64,000 nucleotides of DNA from Octopus bimaculoides. Lineage: Eukaryota. The stretch is from contig NC_068983.1 in NCBI RefSeq assembly GCF_001194135.2, positions 53,218,280 to 53,282,279 of the forward strand, read 5' to 3'. This document shows positions 51,904 through 64,000 of this stretch, piece after piece (position 1 is the stretch's first letter; every line of letters starts with the position of its first letter). The notes beneath the pieces were generated by a model. That model saw only the letters and a program-made list of their open reading frames with translations, ran no database searches and was not told the DNA's origin. A program made the translations under genes and the position numbers.

Positions 51904-53281
51904 ATGTTGTCTGCTAGATTGATTGGTCCCTTTGAGTCATTCTGGGAGACCCGTTTTCTCCCATGTGTATGTGTATGAAACAATTAGAAAAAAAAAAAAC
52001 TAGCACTGTATAAATCATGGTGATTTTCTGTTACTGAGCATGCATCACAATTCTTGACTGCAATTTTTTTCTGTTTGAAATTGTTGTTGACAGCCACATT
52101 AAAATTCCAGACATTTTGAGTAAAAAGCAGTTGGGAAATCAATTTTTATATATAATCGCCTTCTTTTTGAGTTGTTATGGTATTTATTTTTCTTGTAAAT
52201 TAAACTGAGCTAAATGTTTTTTTTTTCTTTCAGTGTAGTACTATTAATACCATAAACAGAAAAATTGCATCTTAAAAGCAAAAGAAAATAATCATTCCTC
52301 TTCTAAGAGAAAAAATTCTAAGCACTTGCTTTAATTGCCTTTATAAAAACATTTTACAGTAATTTATTTTATGTCAGAGGACACAAAGTTAGCTCTTAAA
52401 GTCCCGTATATCAGAAAGATTTCTTATATATTTTATCTCTTTTATTATCATTTTAGTTTGAATGCAATATAACAATAAATATTATCTTCATTTTTCCATA
52501 TCTGTTTAATATTTCTTTTCTGAAATGTTATCTGCAAATATTCCATAGCATATTGCTAAAATGAATTTATTAATATGCCAGACACATGGAAATATATATA
52601 CATATACATCTATACAAACACACTTAATATGCATTATTCAGAATGAAGATGCATGACCAGAATGTATATTTTTTCTAATCCATCAATCATATTATATGTT
52701 TGTTCTTGTTATAGAATTGAAACTAATGTATTAGAAGCTAACCTTCTTCCCAAATTCCTGCTCATGGACTAAACTGTGAGCTGTTTTACAGCATCTTAGG
52801 AAAACAAGATCTTTATTGGGTCTTCATTTGTGACCATTTATATTGTATAGGTTTTTTTTAAAAATAACTTAATGATATTCATGAAAGCATAACAATTGTT
52901 GTTGTTGTTGTTGTTGTTTGTTTGCTTTGTTCTTTTTATTGTAGACTCCATCAACAACCCAGAAAAGTTAATTCATATGACATGTTAAAAATTTTTATTA
53001 GTCGAGATAATGTAAATATTTTGTTGGATTTAATTCTATGACTTTGTTTAAGATCTCATGCGTTTTAGTTACTTAACTTTGGGCTTTTGGCAATTTAAAA
53101 AGCAAAATCAATTGTGAAACATCATTACAATTAAAATTTTTTGGTCTATTAATCTCGTCTTTAGAGTGAGCAGTATTAAAGCATTGGTACCTATGACAGT
53201 GGATAAGAATGTCATCTCCATGAGTTTAAAAATAATGGTTCCTAGTTCAAATCATGTTTGTCTGTACATACATACACACAT

Positions 53282-53318
<37 letters not shown>

Positions 53319-53861
53319 TACACATACATACATACATACCTTGTTGTTGATTTTGAAATTCCACTGAAGGATCTAGGTTAGAAACTAGCTCTTTCTCTAT
53401 TGGCAAGAAATTTTGAAATAAATTGAATAATGGATACATTCATATATACATATACATACATGCATGCATGCTCTAGAAATAAAATATTTGGGAATAATCA
53501 GAAATTCACGTATAGGATAAATATAAACATTGTAAATGCACATTCTAAAGATGAGGCTAATATTATGGAAAATAGTAGTTTTATTAATTAATACATCTTA
53601 TTTCTTTGTCCAATATTCTATTTTCATTCTGCACATTATGTCATGGTGCATTTTTCACATATTAATTTCTTATGAAATCTAATTATCTTGTATATATTTC
53701 TTTCATATTATCACTTAATATTCAATGATAATGTTTTCCCTGGCATTAATATTTAAGCTTGGTTAAAGAAACCTAAGGATATATAAGATATTAATTATTA
53801 GTTGTAGTTTCCACTTAATGTGTAGAACATTTTCTTAATTATTATTTCTATTTATTTTCAG

Positions 53862-54084
53862 ATTTAATGGCTCGTTATCGACGAAGCTTTCAGAACAATG
53901 CAAACAACCATAAAGCTCCAATAGTAATTGAGAGCAGCATGAGGGCATCACATCAAATTGTCAGTCATGTCTTGAACATTCTTCTAGAAGAAGTTATAGG
54001 TTTTACTAATGTCATTGTTAAAGATATTGAAACCATGAACACCACAGTAATGCTTAACAGAATTGTTGGCTGTCCAATATCCAG
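53862..54084 (+). CDS. Internal coding exon (phase 1 to phase 2) of a receptor with a Venus kinase receptor-like N-terminal ectodomain
   Basis: Strong tttctatttattttcag acceptor; CCAG|gtcaga donor; 223 nt stop-free: (D)LMARYRRSF..PIVIESSMRASHQIVSHVLNILLEEVIGFTNV..TMNTTVMLNRIVGCPIS(R). The pattern R.SHQI.S..L.I.LEEV.G..NV resembles invertebrate VKRs as recalled; family call unverified. Confidence 0.7.
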
Positions 54085-54239
54085 GTCAGAAAATAATTAT
54101 AATTTCTTCTATATTTTACAGTAGACAATTATTAAAAAATATATCAGTATTTGAATGTTTACTAACATATTTATTGATTTATTGTCATTTTTTAATATGC
54201 ATATTTGGATAATTCTTATTGTGTTCTAATTCATGCTAA

Positions 54240-55290
54240 CCGATGGATTTCAAGATGTGGGGGATGGCTTCACCATATGATTGCAAATTGACAAGTTCTT
54301 CAACTTGAAAAGACATCCGGATGACTCCAAAATAGAGGAGGACACAGTGTGTGAGTTCCTGTTTATGAATGACTGCTCTCAATGCAGACTCAGAGTCTGA
54401 GATGCAGCAGCACATGAACAGGTTCTTCTCTGTATTCTATGAATTTGGCCTCATTATCTGCTCAGAAACTAAAGCCAGTTATTAACCATTCCCTCACAAG
54501 AAATATGCGGTACTTGCACCTACACTCAAAAATTGGGCTCTACCGACCATTGAAACATTCACCTACCTTGGCAGTACTCCTTTCAGAAATACAACATTGA
54601 AGTCAGTTGCAGGAATACCAAAGCCAGCATTACCTTCAGTACACTTTGTAAGAATGTTTCCATGAGTGAGGACTTCAACTGCTAAACCAAAATGAAAGTC
54701 TACAAAAGCTGTTGTTTATCAAAGTTTTATCCAGTAAAATATGGTCTGTCTATAGCAGGCTTGTAAAGAAGCCTAACAAATTTTCATCTTCTGAGTTGTC
54801 TGTCTAAAATACTGCACATTCATTGGCTGAACAAGTTCCCAGACACCAAGTTGTTCAAACGCATTTGCACTGACCAGTATGCATTCCCACTTTCCTGTAT
54901 GTGACCTAGTTGCACTTGTCTGGTCACATCGCCTGAGTGGATGATGAATAGCTTCCAAAATATTGTTTCTATATTGAGTTGGTAGTTGTGGAATGCTTGG
55001 GCAGTGGACAGTGCAAATACTACACAGATACATTAATGATCTACCTAAAAGTCTTTAGCGTTAAATGAAAGTCATGAGAGACCCTTGGTGCAGGCTCAGA
55101 GTCTGAGATGCAGCAGTGTATAACATGTCCTTTTCTGCCTTCTATGACTTTGGCCTCATCATCTGTACAAAAAGAAAACTGAAGTACCAACCAGCACCTC
55201 ACAAGGAATATTATTGAACCACCTGCTTTTATAATGAAAGATCATCCTCTTCAAACCGTTGACACACTCACATGTCTTGGCAAACTCTCT
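54240..55290 (+). mobile_element. RTE (BovB-like) LINE remnant with a second partial copy
   Basis: FLFMND..SESEMQQ..FGL, IETFTYLGS (54549-54575), KMKVY, SGHIA; 54383-54505 is repeated at ~55090-55212. Confidence 0.75.
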
Positions 55291-56999
55291 CTCAAAAGTT
55301 ATCTGTGTTGGAATTGTCAACAACTCTTAGACATATGCATGAATGATACCATAGTCATTATCCAGTATGAATAGACAAATAAAGATTGTATTCTAACTGA
55401 AACCTATGTTTTTAAGAAAGAAAATTTAAAAACTAATCAGCTGCATGGAATTTTCCAATTATATTTCTTAGTTTATATTAAATGATTGAAACAAGTTCTC
55501 TAAGAAAATAAATTTATCTTTCTTCTTTCATTGAGTTGGTCTCGTATTATTGTATTTTTTTATTGTATCTCTCGTCTTCATACTTTCCTTATCTGTTTCA
55601 CACTGTTAACTTCCACTCTCTTTGTCTTCAGTACATAAATCGTCTGATAGCAATAAAAAAAAAATACTGAAGTAATTTATTTTCATTTTATACTTTTTAC
55701 AGTTTTTTCAAAAAAGACAATAACAAATTTTTTTGTTCATTTTTCTTTCTGTATATATTTTTCATTATTCTGAATAAAATTAATATTGAAGCTTATTATT
55801 GCTTTTTTATTTAAGCAGAGAAACATTTTTATGAAGGATTTGGGTGTAGTTCATTGAATCAACTGAAGTAATTATAGGGGCTATATTTTGCTGACCCCAC
55901 TCAAATGAAAAATAAAATTGTCTTTATTTTTCTACAAATCCAGCCACCAGTAAATGCATCTATCCCCTATATATTTCTTCTTGTATACTTCAGGTCGTTT
56001 TATGACACACTTTATTATAAAGTTGGGGAAACTTTTTTTGATAAACAACTTCTAGATATGCTTTCTTTTAATTCTCTTTATACTATTTTATGTTTCTATG
56101 AGAAAAAGTAGTAAATTTATAACCAAAGTAAGCTTTATAGCTTATTTAAATCAAAGTAAACTTTATAGCTTACTTTAGTTCAATTTACTGTATTTTTGTT
56201 TTTCTTCCTTGCTTAGATTTCACAAATATCTCTTCTTATATTTGCAAAAAAAGAAATCTTTTGAAGATTTTTCATACATTATTAGTTATTTAAGTGTTTT
56301 CAACAAAAATGCAAAGAAATGTTATCATCCATTTCAACAGATTGAAACTATTTTTCTTACAATAGACTCCTTTCAAACTAAAATGGCTAGCTATATTACT
56401 TGTGGGTTTAGAATTAAAACTAATGATGTCCTTCATATGAGAGAATTAATTGAATAACAAAGTGCATGATTAAAATAATACTTAGAATATGCTTCATATA
56501 CTTTTAGGTATTAATTTGTTAAATGTAACATTAAGTGTGTGTATGTGCATGTGTGTGTGCATGTGTGCGTGATGTCATCACTTGTACAGAAATTACAAAA
56601 AGAAAGGTGGAGTAACATTACTTTGGTACTTATTTAGATACTGTTCTCTCTGAAGTTCTACCTTTTAGGCATTGTGCAACTACCTATCTCTTTCTCTCAC
56701 TCTTTACTACTGCTTGTTCTCTAATTTTCTTTATTTTCTCTCTCTTGCTTCTTTCCTATCATTCTGTAATAATTTTATCGAAGTAATGCTGTATTATAAT
56801 GACAACATTAATGGTTGTATCTCTACATGATACTACAGTTACAGCTGACTACTACTGCTATACTTACTCTTGTGAACTCCTGTCTCTGCAGCTTGCTATA
56901 GATGTCAGTGAAACTTTTAGTAAATTAAAGCTTGATTGAAACTAACTCTCATTTTGGGTCATTCACACATCAATTTAATTTACCAAAACTGCAATTATC

Positions 57000-58100
57000 A
57001 GTATGAAATATGGACTATGACCCTAAAAGTTCAGTGTGATACTGACACTTCTTGAGGCTTTACACATCATTAAGCATTGGCTTTTTACATTATCAGAGTA
57101 TAGAGTTACTTATGAAGGAACTAGTGACTTTTATCCAAGACTCCTAGTGAATTCTATTCCTCACTAAAATTTTGACACTATTTGTAAGTGCACTACCTAC
57201 AACAATACTTTATCAGCTTAAGAAAAAAAAAGTCAATGAAATCATAGCACGTGGCTATCAAAGAATCAAAGAATTGATCATGGAGTTTATTGTTGATTAC
57301 AGTAGTTTTTCAAAATCACATCATAGACTGTAACATCAAAAGTGTCATGGCTGAAATGTACAGTAGCAAATGTATTCATGATTCAGCCTAGTGAAGAAAA
57401 CAAAACTCCAGTTTTCACTTCAGTCAAATAGCTACGAAAGATTCTCAAAATTATGATACTTCTCTTCGAGTTAAAAACTGTGCTGTAATTTCCACTAAAG
57501 TTGTTAGAAAAGAAATATTAAATAATGAAGCAAATCAGTTCTCCACAAGGATGTCTTTTGTGTAGCTGCATCTTATTTGGATCAAAGATGCTATATCTAC
57601 AGGAATTTTCACCAGCATCATGCCTTCAAATTTCTAGCCTATGATACTATTTGTTGCATGAATATTAAAAGGAAGATGATGTTTTTAAAGGGCTGTCAAA
57701 TCTAAAAAGAGCAAGTTTGCTCTTCCAGTCTTTCTGTGGCACTTGTTAAGCTGCTATCATTGACTGAATTGTTTATGGAATTTCTTTAAAAGGACTCATT
57801 GACACAGTTTGTTCTGAAAACCTCGCCAAATTGCTGACTAAAGACTCTAAGAATATGTTGTATTAATAGTTTCAGTCATATTGACTATGTCAATCAAGAA
57901 ATATTCTTATCTAGAATTAAAGATAAAAGACTAGCATTTTCCATGGTATTTCTGTGCAAACATTCAAAATAGAAACTGTCTCTCAATGGGACTTGGAGAT
58001 TTTCTCTCTGGCTTCTTGAATCTAAATATAAATCATTTGATACTTATTTCATTCTACCAGAAGTGAATAGAAAGCTCAACGAAGATATTATCAAGTGAAG
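57000..58100 (+). mobile_element. Possible highly decayed hAT transposase remnant
   Basis: AASYLDQR (cf. AA.YLDPR) near 57565 and R.LNEDII near 58070; nothing else alignable by eye. Confidence 0.3.
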
Positions 58101-60641
58101 TCACTTACCCTGACAAGAAGTACAAATCATCAAACGTAACAGTGAAAGGAATTTAATAGCTGACTATTTCAAAACTATTAATAAGTCCACCCCCTTTGAA
58201 GCTTAATTAACAAAATATCTTCTTGCAAATATATTTCATAATCTTGTATTATGTAGTGCATATCAGTAAGTTGCAATACAGTTTGGTAAGAGAGTATTTA
58301 CCATTTTTGAGGCAGACAATTATTACTTCAATTCAAATATCTTTATCATGGTTTTCTTAGTTACATTAAGTTTTACAAACTGTGTTGTGTATTTCCAATG
58401 AATTATAGAAAAGTGTATTCAGAAAAATGAGTTGGAAGGCATGTATTCCTATTTAGATGACATTACCATATATGGTGATACCAAAGAGGAACATAAAAGT
58501 TTATCCATATTCTTAAAAGTTGCTCATTAGTCTGAATAATAATATATGTAAATTTTTGATTGAATCTGTCTATATACCATATTATCAAATTCATCATCAT
58601 CATCATCATCATCACCACCACCACCACCAATACCACCACCACTATCACCAGTGTCCACCTTGCCATGCTTGTATGGGTCTGATAGAATTCATTAAGGCAG
58701 ATTTTCTGCATCCAGATGCCCTTCTTGTCACCAACTCTCACTTGTTTCTAAGCAAAAGTAATATTTTCCCATGGCCAGAGATTGTTTTCACAGAAGATGG
58801 AAAATGAGGGACTCTTCCAGTATGACAGTGTTTCTTGTTTACAACCATCATGTGATGTCAACACAAGAAGACAAACACACATACATAAACACAAAATATA
58901 AACGATTGCCTCCAGCTTCTGTCCACCAAATGCACTATTATTTGGGCTTATAATAGAAGAAACCTGCCCAAAGTGTCAAATGGTAGAACAAAACCTGAAA
59001 CTACATGGTTAGGAAGTGAACTTCTTAACCACATAGTCATATCTGCTGACTAAATCAGTTGTAACAAAGTGTTTTCTTTTTGCATTTAACTTCATTAAAA
59101 GAAATGCCTGTACCCACTAAACAACCTTTATTTGGGTCTATCAGCATTTTATTCTCAGTGGTTTCTTTACCTCTCTATCAATGTTCAGTTTTTGCTCTCA
59201 AAGAAAAAAGTAAATTAAAAGCTGCTATTAAGGAGTCTGTGGAAGATGAAGTAGGTGAATATATACCACTTACTGTCAAACCAGATGTTTCTTAAGCTGC
59301 CTTCAGAGCTACTCTTTATTAAAATGATAGGCTTATAGCATTATTTTCTTGATCACTAAATTTTTATAGAAAAATACTGTATAAGAGGAGAAAGAGATTT
59401 ATGCAGTAGTTGAGACTGTCAGAACATGTCCCACTTTTATTTATGTAGATTATTTACACAACTCACTGATCAGAAATCCATAGTTTACATGTTTGATATA
59501 ATACACAAAAATAATATAAGAAGTGAGAAAATACCATGGTGGTGATTAGAACTCATACATTCCATTACAAAATTTTACTGCTTCCTGGATCCCTTAATGT
59601 TGTCAAAGATGCACCAGGAGTTCTGAACAACTTCTTAAAACTTCACCCATCTCTCCAGAAACTTTTGTAATATGGGGCTGACATATTTTGTTTGTTCAAG
59701 TACAAAATGTTGTACATTTGGTGAGTAATATTATATGTATTGTTTCTGGATGCCATATTTGTCAAAAAATTAAATCCACAATAACTATCCAGAATTACAT
59801 CAGCTCATCAGCTGTATTCATTCCATTCACTGTAAAAGTATTAATTTTTAAGGGTCTTTTACTTTCACCATCAAGTTATAAATGTCTGAATGTAATCAAT
59901 GGATTTCCAATTTTCTGTTTGCTTTCTTTAGTTGCAACATTTCTGCATCGACTTTCATTTCAAGTTTGTCTACTTATTTTTTTGTTTTTGTTTTTGATTT
60001 ACCTGGATATATCAACTCAGATCAACAAACCACTTTCTTGGAATCTTTATTAAAGCCTTTCTTACATGCTAGAGGTTTCCCAATTAGCCACTTGACTCCA
60101 TACCACTCTAACAAAGTTGGTACTGTGAATTTTAATTCGGTTTCTTGTAGAAAAAAAACATGGTACTAGCTCTAGAATCTTAAAATGTACCTATCCCTAC
60201 ATGGCTATCTGTTTTACTTGATGCTTTACATTCAATGCAAACCTTATTGCCTACATCTTCATACTCAACACCTCATGAGCATTGCTTCAACTTTTAGCAG
60301 AAACCTAACTTTTCTCATGTATAAAGTTGCTCATCCATGATAATAACAACTGTATGACTTTTCAAAGAAGTTGAACTATTAGAATCAGATCCCCACAGCA
60401 ACCCAATCAAATTCTACAAAATAGGGAACTGTATAACTGTATACACTAATTGTACTGTATCAGTATCAGTTACTGGTATTCAAAGACCCATTGAAAAATA
60501 TGGCTACACTTCAAAATTTTGTATGATTACACTTTTAAATATTTTTATATTGTACATGTGTAGTTTTATATTGTGGAGTGGGTAATAGTTGTATGGAAAT
60601 AATTTGTTCATTCATTTAATGTTCATTTTTTTCCCTGCTAG

Positions 60642-60669
60642 GTTTGAGTTAGATGAAGATATATTTCAG
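60642..60669 (+). CDS. Candidate 28-nt microexon (R)FELDEDIFQ following the 53862-54084 exon
   Basis: Long pyrimidine tract ending ttccctgctag; its phase-2 start matches the upstream donor; CAG|gtttga donor is only moderate. Confidence 0.3.
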
Positions 60670-63254
60670 GTTTGATTTTATGGCTAAATTCTCTTCCTGT
60701 TGTCAAACTTTACTTGTTTTTCAAGTAAGAATTTTTTTGTTTTATATTTCACTGACCTTCAAAAGTGCAGGAAGACTGGTCATAATGTCCATAAGGAATA
60801 TAAACATCATTTGCTGCTTCACTCCATTAAAGTCATGGGATAGCAATATTAATATACATACAAATATATGCATATGCTTACACACACGCACATACATTTA
60901 TACATATATATGAAATGATTCCTACACTTTCTATGTAAAAAAAAGAGTGGGGTTATAGATGGAAGACAGGTCCAAAGTAATCTACTGTACAATTAAATCT
61001 GAACATACAGGGTTATCAAGTGAACTCCTTATCACAAAACCATGTCTGCACTAATGTGGTATCATAATAACAATAGAAATGATTGATTTTCCACAAGATG
61101 ACGCAATTTCTTCCTACTGCTGCTGCTATAGCTATAGTCTGCTAATTCATGTCAATAGAAGTTTTGGCAAATTAAAGCCTAATTTATACCAAGTTTCATC
61201 TTGGATTATTGACAATTCACACTATTTTGCTTGAGCAGTGTTGGCCATTTCTTTCTGTGTTTCCTTATTTTTCTAATCAAATCAAGAAAATCGATGTTTC
61301 ATATATTCCGTCTAAATGTTTGTTTAAATTTATTCTTTAATTAACTTAAGTTTGTGAAATGTTTCAAAGATTGTTTTCATTAAAATATTCAGTGATGAAT
61401 GAAAATCATAATTTATATAGAGAGAGGAGAAATGAAAACGAAGAAGAAAAAAACCCATACCATTGTATCTATAAAAATATAATAAAATTGATCATAAAAT
61501 GTATTTAATCATTAGATATGCAAAAGCTTATAAAAATGATTTCATAGTATTTTTATGACTGCTAAATATTATCAATGTTCAGATTATTTTAATCTCAAAT
61601 AGATTAATTTAAAAAATGGTTGACACTGTTCATTTAATTATAAACTTTCAGTATCCTGGTATTAATCTATGCTATAGTGGAGATCTCATTAAAAAATCAA
61701 TGCAACAGATGTTGCTAATCATATTAAGGTTCTTTCTAACTAGAATATTTCATTCACTGATATGCAATATTAAAATCACTGTACTTAAATTTTAAAATGA
61801 AATTTTTCATACAGCATATAATTAAACTTTTAGAATTCTCTGTAACAAATTTAATTAAGTCACAAAATATGTTGTTATTATATGTAAATTAAATTTATTC
61901 ACATGATCAATTCGTTCAGTCACTCATGAACTCTAATTAATTTCAGTCATGTATATTTAAACTATTTGAAGAAATTAATCCATTTCATTTCACAATGCTG
62001 TTAAAAAAACCATTATTAAATTATTTAAACCTCTAAATAGAACTCCCAGATAATTATAAAACTTGTTAATAGTTATAAATATTACATGCTTCAAGTGAAA
62101 TGTTGCTGATATTTTCCACTTTTTAGAGCTCTGATTGCTCCACAACATAAGTAACAAAGTTCTAAACTATATGCTCTCGAATTTTTATATATATATACAT
62201 ATATGTAAATAGAACATTTTAAGAGAATAAATTTCCTGATTTTTTTTCAGTTCTAACCTGGAAGACAGGTAAATTATTTATTTTTCTTTATTTTTAATAT
62301 ATTGGCTCATTTCAAATATTTTTGCTGTTATGTATACTTGCCTTTAGAATTAAAATTTTTTATCGCTCAGTAAAATCTATGAATGTTTTTAAATGTTATC
62401 AGTATATAAAATTAAGTTATAAGTATATCTCTCTAGTATCCATTACTGAAGCTAGGACTCATTAAAAATACGTTAATTTGGGAGACATGCCAGTTGAAGA
62501 GAACAATAATGAATATATATTATAAGTTAATTAAAACCCATTTTTGATAAAGTATTTCCTATTTTAAAGATAATAATAGTTATAACATTCATAGCAATAA
62601 ATTAGTATATCTAAAATTTGTTCATATTAATCTTTTGTTGGTCTTAATATAAGCTCAGTATACTTTTGGAGACTCTGTTATCAGATATGAATTTTGTAAT
62701 CATTTGTTAGTGAGAAAAAACATACAATGGTTTTAGATTATAATTCTGAGCAGATATACTTTTTTATAAGCAGAATGTATTATTTGATTCTCTAGTTAAC
62801 AGCATTTTTTTCTATTTGGTACAAGTAAATTTAATTTCATTCATGAAAAATGACTGGTCACACTCATTAGTAAATATTAAATTTTTAGTCATTTACCATT
62901 AGTTAGTGTGAAATATACATTGTAAATTATTTTTAAAATTCTATCTAAGTCCAGTGATCATATATCTTTTTTGGTAAGTAATGTATGAAAGAGCTTAACA
63001 TAATTTTTAGAATGTGTATTACACTGTTCAGTAATATTAGCATGAGACATGAATTTGTAAGTTCTACATGGATAGTATATCAGGTTAATACATCCAACAT
63101 TACTATTCTTAAGTGGATTGAACCTTGCTGATATGAGGATGATAATTGGGAGGAGGTGGAGCAGATAAAGTTGTTTTTTGTTTCTAAAACACCTCATAAA
63201 GAAAATCAGATTTACTTGAATAGGGTTCATGTTGGACCCTATTCGATTAATGTT

Positions 63255-63290
<36 letters not shown>

Positions 63291-64000
63291 TTGTTACTTT
63301 GAAGTTTGGAAATATAGTTAATCAATTTAGCGAATTTCTTAGTTAACCTTAAACTGGAAGGTCTGGTTTTCCAATAAATTTAAAATGAAATTTGGGCAGT
63401 GACTAATTTTTAGACTAAAAAATGAGTATTTTCCAAACATTAAAATTACTTGAGTCAATTTCATTGTCCTTTTAAAGGTATATGGTCTTGAAATAAATAA
63501 CTACTTTGATTCAGCTGATGTGTATACTAATTACTCAAAGCAAGGAAGGAATCATTTCATTTTACAATACTGTTAAAAAAATAAAGGCCTTGTTAAATTA
63601 TTTACTTTATATAAATGACCAGCTTATAAATGAAGACAATAGCTTCTTTGCAATATAAGTGCTTGCATATGATTTTGCATATAACTTTTAATTCCATAAC
63701 AACAAAAATTATTTCTTATATGACTAGGGAATAAGAAAAGCCGTTTTGGTAGAAAGATGTATATTTTTTATACAAGAAAAACCGCTGCTTTTTTTATGCA
63801 TAATATAACTGTTTTCATATTGAAGTGAAGAAAAAACATTCGGTATTGATTAATAGAAAAAAGCAATTATGAAAAAGTATTTTTGCATCCTTGTTGACTT
63901 TGCATAAAAAAAAATTATAGAAATCACAAAATTTTACTTAATGCTGCTTTGTAGAAGTTAGCTTCAATTGATTAGTCTGCTTTGAGGGGAAAAAAAACAA

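Noticed and set aside
55994-56111. Strong acceptor giving in-phase RSFYDTLYYK after the receptor exon
   Set aside because: No credible donor before the stop codon
56124-56179. 28-bp tandem duplication containing a small AAGCT/AGCTT hairpin
   Set aside because: Ordinary local slippage duplication with no supporting context

Overview
AT-rich, microsatellite-dense animal genomic DNA. The repeat families resemble those of Octopus/coleoid cephalopods (inference from recalled SINE motifs; no database check). Most of the window is intronic sequence filled with decayed mobile elements: a near full-length R4/Dong-like retrotransposon, RTE and HERO-like RT remnants, several Tc1/mariner relics, hAT fragments and tRNA-derived SINEs. 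It also holds one tRNA-Glu(UUC) gene. Only a few credible protein-coding exons are visible, all on the + strand. A 223-nt exon (53862-54084) resembles the N-terminal ectodomain of Venus kinase receptors. Two paralogous 51-nt phase-1/phase-1 exons (14052-14102, 24922-24972) lie in a duplicated block and splice in frame onto it. A 28-nt microexon candidate follows at 60642-60669. Highlights: (1) the duplicated cassette exons, in which every differing codon changes the amino acid; (2) a head-to-head inverted pair of tRNA-headed, Penelope-like elements (36561-37060), each carrying a minimal type I hammerhead ribozyme motif; (3) a mariner fold-back derivative with two 5' ends (44382-45282). Nearly all ORFs in the supplied track are microsatellite, antisense or chance ORFs.
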